Assembly (NCBI GenBank): GCA_018826905.1
Contig: JAHJYC010000004.1
Location: 141,717 to 205,716 of the forward strand
DNA from: Patescibacteria group bacterium
Lineage (GTDB): Bacteria > Patescibacteriota > Minisyncoccia > Phycocordibacterales > Phycocordibacteraceae
Direction: 5' to 3'
DNA: 64,000 nucleotides
In this document: positions 11,282-19,874 of the stretch, one piece after another
How the letters are laid out: every line of letters starts with the position of its first letter
How positions within the stretch are numbered: the first letter of the stretch is position 1
The notes under the pieces: model-generated
Seen by the model: the letters and a program-made list of their open reading frames with translations, nothing else
What the model was told of the DNA's origin: nothing
The model's database searches: none
Translations under genes and position numbers: made by a program

Positions 11282-11593
11282 CTACTGAATAACGGCAAGC
11301 ACATTGGACTCAGAGAGTATGAAATACTCCTGTCCATCAATCTTTACCTCGTCAAATCCGTACTTAGAGAACAGAACGGTGTCTCCAATCTTTACAGAGA
11401 GGGGAATGAGCTTGCCGTCTTCTGTGCGACCTTTGCCAACTGCAACTATTGTTCCGCGTTCTGGTTTTTCTCGGTTGCCCGTGTCGGGGAGGATAATGCC
11501 CATTGCCGATACCTCATCCTTCTTAAGAGGTTGGACAACGACACGATCTCCAAGCGGCGTAATTGAAAGAGTCTCACGTGCTGCTTTAGCCAT
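11282..11593 (-). CDS. groS: Co-chaperonin GroES (Hsp10).
   Basis: 103 aa with the PLGDRVVVQ mobile-loop region and a GroES fold. It lies immediately upstream of groEL. Confidence 0.95.
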   Translation of the reverse strand: MAKAARETLSITPLGDRVVVQPLKKDEVSAMGIILPDTGNREKPERGTIVAVGKGRTEDGKLIPLSVKIGDTVLFSKYGFDEVKIDGQEYFILSESNVLAVIQ

Positions 11594-11638
11594 AGGAAAA
11601 ATATTCGCTTATGCGGGTTTATAACAAAGCTCCATCAC

Positions 11639-11661
11639 TTGGCGCGAGTTCCCTCGCCCAA
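11639..11661. promoter_or_regulatory. Inverted repeat TTGGCGCGAG-TTCC-CTCGCCCAA in the groES leader, a candidate heat-shock operator that does not match the CIRCE consensus.
   Basis: A 9/10-bp inverted repeat with a 4-nt spacer, located between the predicted groES -10 element and the groES start. Canonical CIRCE is TTAGCACTC-N9-GAGTGCTAA. Confidence 0.35.
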
Positions 11662-11672
11662 AGTTATCCACA

Positions 11673-11700
11673 GTATAGAACGCGAGTGAAGTGCGTCAAA
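11673..11700 (-). promoter_or_regulatory. Putative sigma70-type promoter for groES-groEL: -35 TTGACG (11695-11700, read on the minus strand) and -10 TATACT (11673-11678), with a 16-nt spacer.
   Basis: Good matches to both hexamers with canonical spacing, located about 80 nt upstream of groES. Confidence 0.4.
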
Positions 11701-11701
11701 C

Positions 11702-11733
11702 TTGACTCATATTGTTTTTTGTTTTGTTACAAT
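11702..11733 (+). promoter_or_regulatory. Putative divergent promoter for secG: an extended -10 TGtTACAAT (11725-11733), with TTGACT (11702-11707) sitting in the same palindrome GTCAAACTTGAC as the groES -35.
   Basis: The extended -10 lies 57 nt upstream of the secG ATG. The spacing from TTGACT to the -10 is 20 nt, which is long, so the -35 assignment is uncertain. Confidence 0.3.
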
Positions 11734-11789
11734 TATGTGCAGAAATCCATTGCTCCGGACCAGTTCTCGTGCTATTCTCCAGAGCACCG

Positions 11790-12020
11790 ATGGAGACTCT
11801 TTTGGCATATCTGCCCTACATTCAAATAGCACTTGCCCTACTCCTTATCACAGGGATTGTTCTGCAGAACCGCGGAGCATCTCTTGGAGGAGCTTTTGGA
11901 GGCGACAACTTTGCGTCTACATTCTACAAGCGCCGTGGCGCTGAGAAATTTCTTTTTAATGCAACTGTTGTACTCGCTGTCTTGTTTGTACTTGCAGCAA
12001 TTGCTGGACTCTTTGTCTAA
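11790..12020 (+). CDS. secG: Preprotein translocase subunit SecG.
   Basis: 76 aa with two TM helices flanking the Gly-rich SecG motif (LLLITGIVLQNRGASLGGAFGGDNFASTFYKRRGAEKFL). The longer ORF-track version (11712..12020) starts inside the promoter and is rejected. Confidence 0.7.
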   Translation: METLLAYLPYIQIALALLLITGIVLQNRGASLGGAFGGDNFASTFYKRRGAEKFLFNATVVLAVLFVLAAIAGLFV

Positions 12021-12031
12021 CCCCAATTCAC

Positions 12032-13756
12032 TTGTCGCGTATGCGGCCCTCTTCCCTTTTTACTCTGTTGCGCACCCGCCAGCCGATTCCTTGGCTTGAG
12101 GCGCTTTCAGCACATATCCGTTCCCTTTCTTACGGAGACAAGCTCATCGTAAGTGTATTAGGCATATTTGTACTTGCCTCAAGTCTTGCAGGACTCTACG
12201 CACTTGAGCGTTCCTTACTTATTGAGGTACCCGCTCGCGGAGGCAGTCTTACTGAAGGTGTTGTTGGCTCCCCTCGTTTTGTAAATCCTTTGCTAGCACT
12301 CACGGACGCTGATAGAGATCTTACTGCCCTTACGTATGCCGGGCTTATGGGAGTAGCGCCAGACGGCTCTCTTATTCCAGTTCTTGCTGAAAGCTACAGT
12401 GTCTCAGAAGACGGAAAGGAGTATTTGTTTACACTTCGCTCAGATGCACGCTTCTCAAACAATACTCCTGTTACCGCTGAAGACGTTGTCTTTACTATAG
12501 AGAAAGCGCAGGATCCTTCTCTAAAGAGTCCGGAGCTTGCGAACTGGGCAAACATTAAGGCTGAGATTGTTGATGCACGCACCGTGCGATTCCTGCTTCC
12601 AAAACCATATGCACCCTTTCTTGTAGACACCACACTCGGTATTCTTCCTGCACAATTATGGAGGAACATCCCTGTTGATGAATTCCCCTTCTCCCCTCTT
12701 ATGACTGAGCCTGTGGGAGCTGGACCTTTCCAGGTACAGAATGTCACTAGAGGAAAAAAAGGAACGATCATCAGTTACGAACTCCGCGCGTTTTCTAAGT
12801 ACGCACTAGGGCGTCCCTACCTTGATCGTATTCTGCTTCGCTTCTACGAGAGCACCGATGCTCTAGGAAATGCATATCGTAAGGGAACCATTGAAAGCGC
12901 ATACGGCATAAATACGAGTACGGCACTGCGTGTTCCCTACTCTCGTACCTTTGGTGCATTCTTTAACCCAGACGAGAACCCTGTCTTTACGAACCTTGAA
13001 GTGCGCAAAGCACTTTCACTTGCCATTGATAGACAGGCACTAGTTTCGGGTGCCCTTGGGGGAAATGCCACGCCACTCTTTGGCCCAGTCCCGCCCGGAA
13101 GCGGCATAACACAACCAGAGATTCCTGTAGAGGATGGCGTGCTTCTTGCAACAGAGATTCTTGAAGACAACGGCTGGGAACAGGACGCTGAAACAGGGGT
13201 GTGGGAAAATGCAAAGGAAGAGCTACTGCTTGAAACAATTACACTGAAAACGTCAAACGTTCCAGAGCTTAAAGCAGTTGCAACGAGTATAGAGAGCGAC
13301 TGGGAGCGTCTTGGAGTAAATACAGAGATTGAGCTGTATGAGCCAGGGGATCTCGCATCTTCAGTTATCCGCCCTCGTGCGTATGAAGTACTTCTCTTTG
13401 GCATGGTTATCGGAAGAGACCAGGACCTCTTTGCGTTCTGGGATTCAGGAGAGCGAAGCGATCCTGGTCTTAATATTGCAGGCTATGCAAACAGGTCTGT
13501 TGATACACTTCTTGAAAGTGCTCGTGTGGAACTTAATCCTGAGATTGCACGCGCGGACTTACAGAAATTATCTCAACTAATTGCAGAAGATTACCCCGCA
13601 GCCTTTACGCATGCACCAGACTTCCTGTATGCTGTGCCTCAAAGCGTGCAGGGTATCCGTCTTGTGCAGATAACCGCACCCGCAGACCGTTTCGCTGCAG
13701 TCCATACGTGGTACCGACGAAGCGAGCTCGTGTGGCCATTTCTTGTTTCAAAGTGA
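12032..13756 (+). CDS. Family-5 extracellular solute-binding protein (SBP_bac_5; oligopeptide/nickel-type ABC substrate-binding protein), membrane anchored.
   Basis: 574 aa with an N-terminal TM anchor and SBP_bac_5-like blocks (NPLLALTDADRDLTALTYAGL, FTLRSDARFSN, ITAEDVVFT). Confidence 0.65.
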   Translation: MSRMRPSSLFTLLRTRQPIPWLEALSAHIRSLSYGDKLIVSVLGIFVLASSLAGLYALERSLLIEVPARGGSLTEGVVGSPRFVNPLLALTDADRDLTALTYAGLMGVAPDGSLIPVLAESYSVSEDGKEYLFTLRSDARFSNNTPVTAEDVVFTIEKAQDPSLKSPELANWANIKAEIVDARTVRFLLPKPYAPFLVDTTLGILPAQLWRNIPVDEFPFSPLMTEPVGAGPFQVQNVTRGKKGTIISYELRAFSKYALGRPYLDRILLRFYESTDALGNAYRKGTIESAYGINTSTALRVPYSRTFGAFFNPDENPVFTNLEVRKALSLAIDRQALVSGALGGNATPLFGPVPPGSGITQPEIPVEDGVLLATEILEDNGWEQDAETGVWENAKEELLLETITLKTSNVPELKAVATSIESDWERLGVNTEIELYEPGDLASSVIRPRAYEVLLFGMVIGRDQDLFAFWDSGERSDPGLNIAGYANRSVDTLLESARVELNPEIARADLQKLSQLIAEDYPAAFTHAPDFLYAVPQSVQGIRLVQITAPADRFAAVHTWYRRSELVWPFLVSK

Positions 13757-13864
13757 GTGCTCAGTTGGTAGGTTAGAGAATTCTTCTCCAGGTTACCGAC
13801 TGCGCACTGACACCATATACGGTGTGCATCTAATAAAAGTATTTAACATCTAATCATTATTGCT

Positions 13865-15781
13865 ATGTCAGCACCCGCACCAGCGCCAGCGCCTGCCCCT
13901 CAAGGCCGCGCACCGCGCTCAGAAAGTAGCCAAGGACCACGCCCAGAGAGGCGTACTGACGGCCCTCGCCCTCCTCAAGCACGAGGAAAGGAGACAGGTC
14001 CTCGCAGAGCCCGTCCAGCGAATCGCACTATGCGACGACCTGGAGGCGCTCAAGGAGGCACCCCCACCGTTAAGAAGGCTCCTGACTACTTCCCGGAAGC
14101 TCCTGGAAAGGACGTCGTTCGCGTCGTTCCTCTTGGAGGAGTTGAGGAGGTGGGACGAAACATGTTTACCATTGAAGCCAATGGAGACATCTTTGTGTTT
14201 GACGTCGGATTCCAGTTCGTGTCTGAGGACACTTCTCCCGGCGTTGACTACGTCCTTCCAAACACTCGGTACCTTGAAATGAACAAGGATCGTATTCGTG
14301 GCGTGTTCATCACACACGGACACCTTGACCACATTGGAGGTATTCCCTTCCTCATGAACCGCATGGGGAACCCAACAATCTACACGCAGAATCTTTCTGC
14401 AGTGATGATCAAAAAGCGACAGGAAGAATATCCTGATCAACCAGAACTCAATATCGTAACGGTTGAGCCTGGGTCAACGATGACCATTGGGTCAACGAAA
14501 GTGCAGTTCTTCCCTGTAACACACTCAATCCCTGATTCAATGGGTATTGCTATAAGTACTCCATACGGAAACGTTATTGCTACAGGAGACCTTAAGCTTG
14601 ATCATGAGAACGGTATTCCTACTGAGACTGAAGCCAAGAAATGGGGAGCACTTGGAAAACAGAAGAACCTCCTCTTTATTGCAGACTCAACAAACGCAGA
14701 GCGTGACGGATTCTCCGTACCAGAGCGCAAAGTTCATGAGACTCTTGAAGAGATTATTAGGACCGTCAAAGGACGTTTGATAATCGGTACATTTGCTTCT
14801 CAGTTTGAGCGCATGGTCCGTATCATTGAAATCTCTGAAGCTCTTGGAAAGAAAGTAATTACTGAGGGACGCTCTATTAAGACGAACTTGGAAATTGCAC
14901 AGAAGACAGGTCTTCTTACTGTTAAGAAGGACACTATCATTAGCTCCCAAGAGATCGGAGATTATCCTCCAGACAAAATTGTTATCCTTTCAACAGGAGC
15001 ACAGGGAGAGGAGTTTGCGGCGCTCATGCGTATTGCAACCAAGCAGCACAAGAGCATCACACTTAATTCTCGCGACACAATTGTGCTCTCTTCTTCCGTT
15101 ATTCCTGGAAACGAGATTTCAGTACAGAAGCTGAAAGACAACTTGTACCGCAACGGCGTTACGTTGATTCACTACCGCTCAAGCGATGTGCACTCAACAG
15201 GGCACGGAAATACTGGCGAACTTATCTGGATTAACCAGCAAGTGAACGCAAAGTACTTCATGCCTGCGTACGGGTACTACTCAATGACAGCGAGCCATGC
15301 TCGCGCAGTTGAACAGGCAGGACGTCCTCGCGAATCAATCATTCTTGCTGATAACGGAATGGTTATTGATATTGAGGAGAACGGCGAGAAGCTCAATTAC
15401 CACAAGCAAAAAGTTCCCTCTACACCACTCGTGGTTGATGGATTCTCCATTGGAGATCTTCAAGAGGTGGTAATTCGTGATCGCCAGATGCTTGCTAAGG
15501 ACGGCATGTTCGTTATCATCGCAACGGTTAACCTAAAGACCGGGAAACTCAGGAAGTCACCGGATATTATCTCTCGCGGATTCGTGTACCTCCGTGAAAA
15601 TCAGGAGATGCTCAATCAAGCACGACTTCTTATCAAGAAGACCGTTGAGGATTCAACTGAGGGAATGAATCCTGTTGATCTTGATTACGTTAAGAATGCA
15701 CTCTCAGATACTATGGCTGGCTACTTGTTCACTAGAACAAACAAAGCACCAATGGTGATCCCTGTTCTTATCGGAGTGTAA
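13865..15781 (+). CDS. rnj: Ribonuclease J (metallo-beta-lactamase plus beta-CASP RNase), carrying a ~80-aa Pro/Arg/Gly-rich N-terminal extension.
   Basis: HGHLDHIGG (the HxHxDH motif), beta-CASP motifs, and an RNase J C-terminal domain. The N-terminus MSAPAPAPAPAPQGRAPRSESSQGPRPERRTDGPRPPQARGKETGPRRARPANRTMRRPGG is low complexity. Confidence 0.9.
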   Translation: MSAPAPAPAPAPQGRAPRSESSQGPRPERRTDGPRPPQARGKETGPRRARPANRTMRRPGGAQGGTPTVKKAPDYFPEAPGKDVVRVVPLGGVEEVGRNMFTIEANGDIFVFDVGFQFVSEDTSPGVDYVLPNTRYLEMNKDRIRGVFITHGHLDHIGGIPFLMNRMGNPTIYTQNLSAVMIKKRQEEYPDQPELNIVTVEPGSTMTIGSTKVQFFPVTHSIPDSMGIAISTPYGNVIATGDLKLDHENGIPTETEAKKWGALGKQKNLLFIADSTNAERDGFSVPERKVHETLEEIIRTVKGRLIIGTFASQFERMVRIIEISEALGKKVITEGRSIKTNLEIAQKTGLLTVKKDTIISSQEIGDYPPDKIVILSTGAQGEEFAALMRIATKQHKSITLNSRDTIVLSSSVIPGNEISVQKLKDNLYRNGVTLIHYRSSDVHSTGHGNTGELIWINQQVNAKYFMPAYGYYSMTASHARAVEQAGRPRESIILADNGMVIDIEENGEKLNYHKQKVPSTPLVVDGFSIGDLQEVVIRDRQMLAKDGMFVIIATVNLKTGKLRKSPDIISRGFVYLRENQEMLNQARLLIKKTVEDSTEGMNPVDLDYVKNALSDTMAGYLFTRTNKAPMVIPVLIGV

Positions 15782-15844
15782 GCACTTCACTAGAGAGAAG
15801 TACACAACAACTGTCGCAGAAATGCGGCAGTTGTTGTTTTATGA

Positions 15845-17017
15845 GTGCTACAATCTCTTATCATGGGTCCTCGCCTTGCTCTTTCTATTGGCAACTTCTT
15901 TGCCGCAGGACATTTCTTTCTCGTTGCATACATTATTGCGCCCTATTTAGCGCTATACATGCCAGCCGCACAGACTGGCCTCGTTGTTTCATTAGGGGCA
16001 GTCTTTACTCTTTCTTTGTTCCCGTTCATGCCGCGCATTACGGCGCATTTTGGCGCGCGCAAGATGGCCATTGCGCTCACCTCTCTACAAGCAATTATCC
16101 TTGGATCTCTCGCTATTAGCCCAGGGGTTATTCCTGCTGTTATTTTTATTGCAGCCGCCTGTGCTACAGCTCCTTTCATTAGCTACCAGCTTGATTTACT
16201 GCTTGAGGCGACTGTCCGCGAAGAAAACACTACGGGACGTGTGCGTACGCTCTTCCTTACTGCCGCTAATATTGCTCTTGTTCTTGCGCCTTTGATTATT
16301 GGTTTCTTGCTTGGGAGCACTGAGAACTACGCACGAGTCTTTTTTGCTTCAGCACTCATGCTTACTCCCTTTATTACGCTCTTTCTGTTTGAACGCACTC
16401 CAGAGCCACAGCCTCACGGCATAACAAGAGTAGGTCTCACTTGTAAGTGCATCTGGGCAGACAAAGACTTGCGAGCCGCATCAATTGGGAATGCTGTACT
16501 GCAGTTCTTTTACCACCTGGCTCCTCTCTATACCTCTTTATATTTACACACTGCTCTTGGTATTCCTTGGAGCGAGTTAGGATGGATATTTGCCATAATG
16601 CTCATCCCGTTTGTGTTTATTGAGTATCCCGCAGGGTATATTGCAGACCGCTGGCTTGGAGACAAAGAGCTACTTATCACAGGGTTTGTCATAACCGGTG
16701 TCTTCTTTGCCCTCTTAGGATTTGTCACCATAGAAACCCCTCTTCTTCTTATAGCCGCGATACTCTTTATGACTCGCGTTGGTGCTGCTCTTGTTGAAGC
16801 AATGGTTGAAGGACATTTCTTTAGACGCGTGAGCGAACGTGATGCAAACACTATTAGTGTCTTTCGTATGACACGTCCACTTGCAGGATTAACTGCCCCG
16901 TTGTTTGCAAGTATTGTTCTTCTTTCTGGAAACTACCTCGCTTTCTTCATTCTTTCAGGAGGAATCATCGTTGCACTTGGAGTGGTAAGTGCTGCTGCAA
17001 TTCACGACATACGTTAG
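15845..17017 (+). CDS. Major facilitator superfamily (MFS) transporter.
   Basis: 390 aa with about 12 predicted TM helices and 2x6 MFS topology. Confidence 0.65.
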   Translation: MLQSLIMGPRLALSIGNFFAAGHFFLVAYIIAPYLALYMPAAQTGLVVSLGAVFTLSLFPFMPRITAHFGARKMAIALTSLQAIILGSLAISPGVIPAVIFIAAACATAPFISYQLDLLLEATVREENTTGRVRTLFLTAANIALVLAPLIIGFLLGSTENYARVFFASALMLTPFITLFLFERTPEPQPHGITRVGLTCKCIWADKDLRAASIGNAVLQFFYHLAPLYTSLYLHTALGIPWSELGWIFAIMLIPFVFIEYPAGYIADRWLGDKELLITGFVITGVFFALLGFVTIETPLLLIAAILFMTRVGAALVEAMVEGHFFRRVSERDANTISVFRMTRPLAGLTAPLFASIVLLSGNYLAFFILSGGIIVALGVVSAAAIHDIR

Positions 17018-17823
17018 TCTGCCAAAGTGTACGTGCTTCTCCTTTTCTGAATAAGCCCTTCTCGTAACAGCACGGTTATTTGTTCATCAACTTCTTGTAC
17101 TCGTTCTTTAGGGAAAAGTTTTAGAAGCGTCGCCTTTGTTGCAGGAGATTGTACGAGTGCTTTTAGCAGTGCCCCACGCACCTCACGCCTAGATCCTTTA
17201 AACGCCTTTTGCTTTTTATACGTAGTGCTTCTTTTATTTTGTGAAGCACCGGTACGCTTTAAATAAGTCCCATAATCCATAAGCGCGGCATACCATTCTC
17301 GGGCATTTCCCTTTGGAAGTGCTTTCTCAAGGACGTGTAGTACCTCAGCATCAGAAACGTGCTCCGCTTCACTAAAAAAGTGATGTAGTACTACAGTGCG
17401 AATATTGGTCTCAATGCAAACGACATCTGTGTTATACGCGAAGGCACATACCGCTCTGGCTGTGTATGAACCGATTCCTGGCAGAGCTTGAAGCTCCTCC
17501 GGTGTTTTAGGAAAGACTCCTCCATGGAGCGCAACTACCTCCTGCGCTGCTTCCTTTAAATATTTAGCACGTCTGTTGTAGCCAAGTCCTTGCCATTCGC
17601 GAAGCACAGAAGAAAGAGGCGCTTTTGCAAGCGATGAGACAGAGGGAAACTTTTTGAGAAAGGAGGTGTAGTACGGAACTACACGTTCTACCTGTGTTTG
17701 CTGCAACATCATCTCTGAGACCAGAATATGGTACGGATCACGGGTCTTCCTCCAGGGAAGCGTGTGTCTCCCTAGAGAAGCGTAGTATGCGAGAACGAGT
17801 TCCCTAAACTTTCTTGGTGTCAT
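17014..17823 (-). CDS. HhH-GPD superfamily DNA glycosylase (MutY/EndoIII-like N-terminal domain) that lacks the Fe-S cluster cysteines.
   Basis: LPWRKTRDPYHILVSEMMLQQTQVERVVPYY...LPGIGSYTARAVCAFAYNTDVVCIETNIRTVV has the helix-hairpin-helix and GPD motifs. There is no C-x6-C-x2-C-x5-C block and no NUDIX-like C-terminal domain. The start is set at the internal Met MTPRKF to limit overlap with the upstream PspC gene. Confidence 0.55.
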   Translation of the reverse strand: MTPRKFRELVLAYYASLGRHTLPWRKTRDPYHILVSEMMLQQTQVERVVPYYTSFLKKFPSVSSLAKAPLSSVLREWQGLGYNRRAKYLKEAAQEVVALHGGVFPKTPEELQALPGIGSYTARAVCAFAYNTDVVCIETNIRTVVLHHFFSEAEHVSDAEVLHVLEKALPKGNAREWYAALMDYGTYLKRTGASQNKRSTTYKKQKAFKGSRREVRGALLKALVQSPATKATLLKLFPKERVQEVDEQITVLLREGLIQKRRSTYTLAD

Positions 17824-18019
17824 CTGCTGAAACAGGCGCGTCAGGCAAGATAAAGAAAGCGAGTATGTATATGAGTATTCCAGGAGCAACTGCTGTTATG
17901 AGCATGAAAAACAAATAGATGAGACGAACGATGTTGCCGTCTACTTCTAAATACTCTCCCACTCCCCCAAGCACTCCTGCTACCATGCAATCTTTTCTGC
18001 TTCGCGTTAGTTTCTTCAT
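17804..18019 (-). CDS. PspC-domain protein (phage shock protein C family).
   Basis: 71 aa. SRKDCMVAGVLGGVGEYLEVDGNIVRLIYLFFMLIT matches the PspC motif, and a TM helix follows. Confidence 0.6.
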   Translation of the reverse strand: MKKLTRSRKDCMVAGVLGGVGEYLEVDGNIVRLIYLFFMLITAVAPGILIYILAFFILPDAPVSADDTKKV

Positions 18020-18031
18020 ACGAAAAGTATA

Positions 18032-18715
18032 TCAAAGCTCATGAATAACGTCTTTTCGTTCAACAATAATCCTCCACAGTTTTGATTTTGCATGCCTATA
18101 GAGACGACTGTCAGGATTGAATGCAATAGCATCCTCAACCATATCAAGCATGGACACATCGCTCTCCCACCCCCCAACTCCTACAGAACCATTCAACGAA
18201 AGGTTCTCCTTTTCAAGGGCGCGTGCAAGCACTGATGCCTTATTCATAATGATATGCTCGTCCTCAATCTCTCCAGTGAACCTGCTTGCGGCACCTGTCT
18301 CATAAAAGATTCCGTATGACTTCTCAAACCCAAGCTCGTACGCAAACCCGTCAACTATAAACTTTGGAGAATGAGAGACAGCAAGTAGGAAGTGACCCTC
18401 TTTCTTTAGCTCCTGCACAAGATCCCGGGTATACCTAAAGACATTCTTTTGTTCTTTCTCAATTAACTCCCCAGCAACATCTGCCACCTCTCCATATGAA
18501 AGTCCTTTTGCATGTGTGGCGAAAGCTTTCACTGCCTTCTTCATTAGCTTTGCGTGGTCACTCGCATGGAGGTCTTCTTGTAAAAGTCCTTCGTAGCTTG
18601 CCTCGGCACTTTTTGGGAGAAGTTCCCGTGCCACGAGCTCTTCCATAAGTTTCGCCAGTAGGCACGAGCGATACAGTGTTCCGTCTATATCAAAGACTGC
18701 TACAGGGCGCTTCAT
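18032..18715 (-). CDS. HAD-superfamily hydrolase (HAD-IB/phosphoserine phosphatase-like).
   Basis: AVFDIDGTL (HAD motif I, DxDG[T]), a cap domain, and later SHSPKF and GDxxxD-type motifs. Confidence 0.55.
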   Translation of the reverse strand: MKRPVAVFDIDGTLYRSCLLAKLMEELVARELLPKSAEASYEGLLQEDLHASDHAKLMKKAVKAFATHAKGLSYGEVADVAGELIEKEQKNVFRYTRDLVQELKKEGHFLLAVSHSPKFIVDGFAYELGFEKSYGIFYETGAASRFTGEIEDEHIIMNKASVLARALEKENLSLNGSVGVGGWESDVSMLDMVEDAIAFNPDSRLYRHAKSKLWRIIVERKDVIHEL

Positions 18716-18730
18716 ACTTCCTATGGTACC

Positions 18731-19411
18731 TTATTTTGCCTTAGGCCATCGCAGTGCTGCCTTAGGCCATAGCTTCGTTAAAGGATGCTCCTCACACGCA
18801 TGAGGGAGCGCAGGACATACATAGCGGCCGTACAGAACAAGTCCATTATTTACGTACTTCCAGTCTTTCTTCGGAATGAGTACCTCTAGGTCCTTAGATA
18901 TCTTAGTGAGTTCTGTATTATCCGTAAGATCAAAACGAAGAGCGAATCTACGTACATGGGTGTCTGTGGGAATACCTTCCCAAACACTAAACAGCTCCCC
19001 CAGCACTACATGTGCAGTTTTATATGCAACACCTGGCAAGAGAATTAACTCCCTTTCTGTCTGCGGTACCTCACCATTAAATTGATCGCGTATCATTTGC
19101 GCCGCAGAGACGATGTAGCGTGCCTTGGACTGATGATACGTTATGGACGAGGTTTCATTTGAAAAGACCGCGACAGACGCAGTAGCGAAATCATCAACTG
19201 TCTTGTACTTTTTCCAAAGCGTCTCTGTAACGGCATTTACTTTCTTATCTGTACACTGCGCTGACAATATAACTGCAGCTACAAATTGAAATGGAGTATC
19301 GTACGCAAGTTCACTCTTAGGCTCTGGGTACGAACGCCTTAGATAGCGAACTATCTCCTGTGCTCTCTTCTTTCGTTCTTCTTTGTGTACGTCTCTGAAA
19401 AGTTCATCCAT
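18731..19411 (-). CDS. Endonuclease III-like HhH-GPD DNA glycosylase with a degenerate Fe-S site.
   Basis: FQFVAAVILSAQCTDKKVNAV...LPGVAYKTAHVVL...PTDTHVRRFALRF matches the Nth pattern. The C-terminal region has only two Cys (VCPALPHAC) instead of the four Fe-S ligands. Confidence 0.6.
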   Translation of the reverse strand: MDELFRDVHKEERKKRAQEIVRYLRRSYPEPKSELAYDTPFQFVAAVILSAQCTDKKVNAVTETLWKKYKTVDDFATASVAVFSNETSSITYHQSKARYIVSAAQMIRDQFNGEVPQTERELILLPGVAYKTAHVVLGELFSVWEGIPTDTHVRRFALRFDLTDNTELTKISKDLEVLIPKKDWKYVNNGLVLYGRYVCPALPHACEEHPLTKLWPKAALRWPKAK

Positions 19412-19871
19412 GCACTACATCTTGAAGTACTTCTGCTGCGTGTTCCTCGGGACGCACATTTTCATATATCTTCTCTACGTATCCTTCAGGATTTATAAGA
19501 AATGAAGTACGAAATACTCCGTCATACTCTCGTCCCATAAACTTCTTCTTTCCCCACACGTCGTAGGTAGAAATAACGTCCTTCTCAGGGTCTGCGAGTA
19601 GCGTAAATGGAAGTGAGTACTTTAGAGCAAACTTTTTATGGCTTTCTACAGAATCGGGAGAGATCCCGAGGACAACCATTTTGCTCTTAGCAAACGAAGG
19701 GAATGCATCTCGTATAGAGCACGCCTCCTTGGTACATCCTGGCGTATCGTCCTTAGGATAGAAGTAGATGAGCACAGGTGATCCACGATACGAAGAAAGT
19801 GTGTGCGGCGCTCCGTCTTGATCAAGGAGGGTAAAATCTGGAGCGAGAGAGCCAACTGAGGGATGTGCCAT
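19404..19871 (-). CDS. bcp: Peroxiredoxin of Bcp/PrxQ type (thiol peroxidase, thioredoxin fold).
   Basis: 155 aa with the PKDDTPGCTKE peroxidatic Cys motif and APDFTLLDQDG. Confidence 0.85.
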   Translation of the reverse strand: MAHPSVGSLAPDFTLLDQDGAPHTLSSYRGSPVLIYFYPKDDTPGCTKEACSIRDAFPSFAKSKMVVLGISPDSVESHKKFALKYSLPFTLLADPEKDVISTYDVWGKKKFMGREYDGVFRTSFLINPEGYVEKIYENVRPEEHAAEVLQDVVHG

Positions 19872-19874
19872 GAA

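Noticed and set aside
11594-11700. A CIRCE (HrcA) operator upstream of groES.
   Set aside because: No TTAGCACTC-N9-GAGTGCTAA match was found. The inverted repeat present has different arms and a 4-nt spacer, so it is reported as a distinct candidate operator rather than as CIRCE.
11712-12020. The 102-aa ORF-track version of secG, starting at 11712.
   Set aside because: Its first 26 codons overlap the predicted extended -10 promoter and have no SecG-like sequence. The conserved SecG starts at the internal Met (11790).
13757-13800. A tRNA-like D-arm sequence GUGCUCAGUUGGUAGG downstream of the SBP gene.
   Set aside because: No matching acceptor stem, anticodon arm or GTTCRANYC T-loop follows, so it is not a tRNA.
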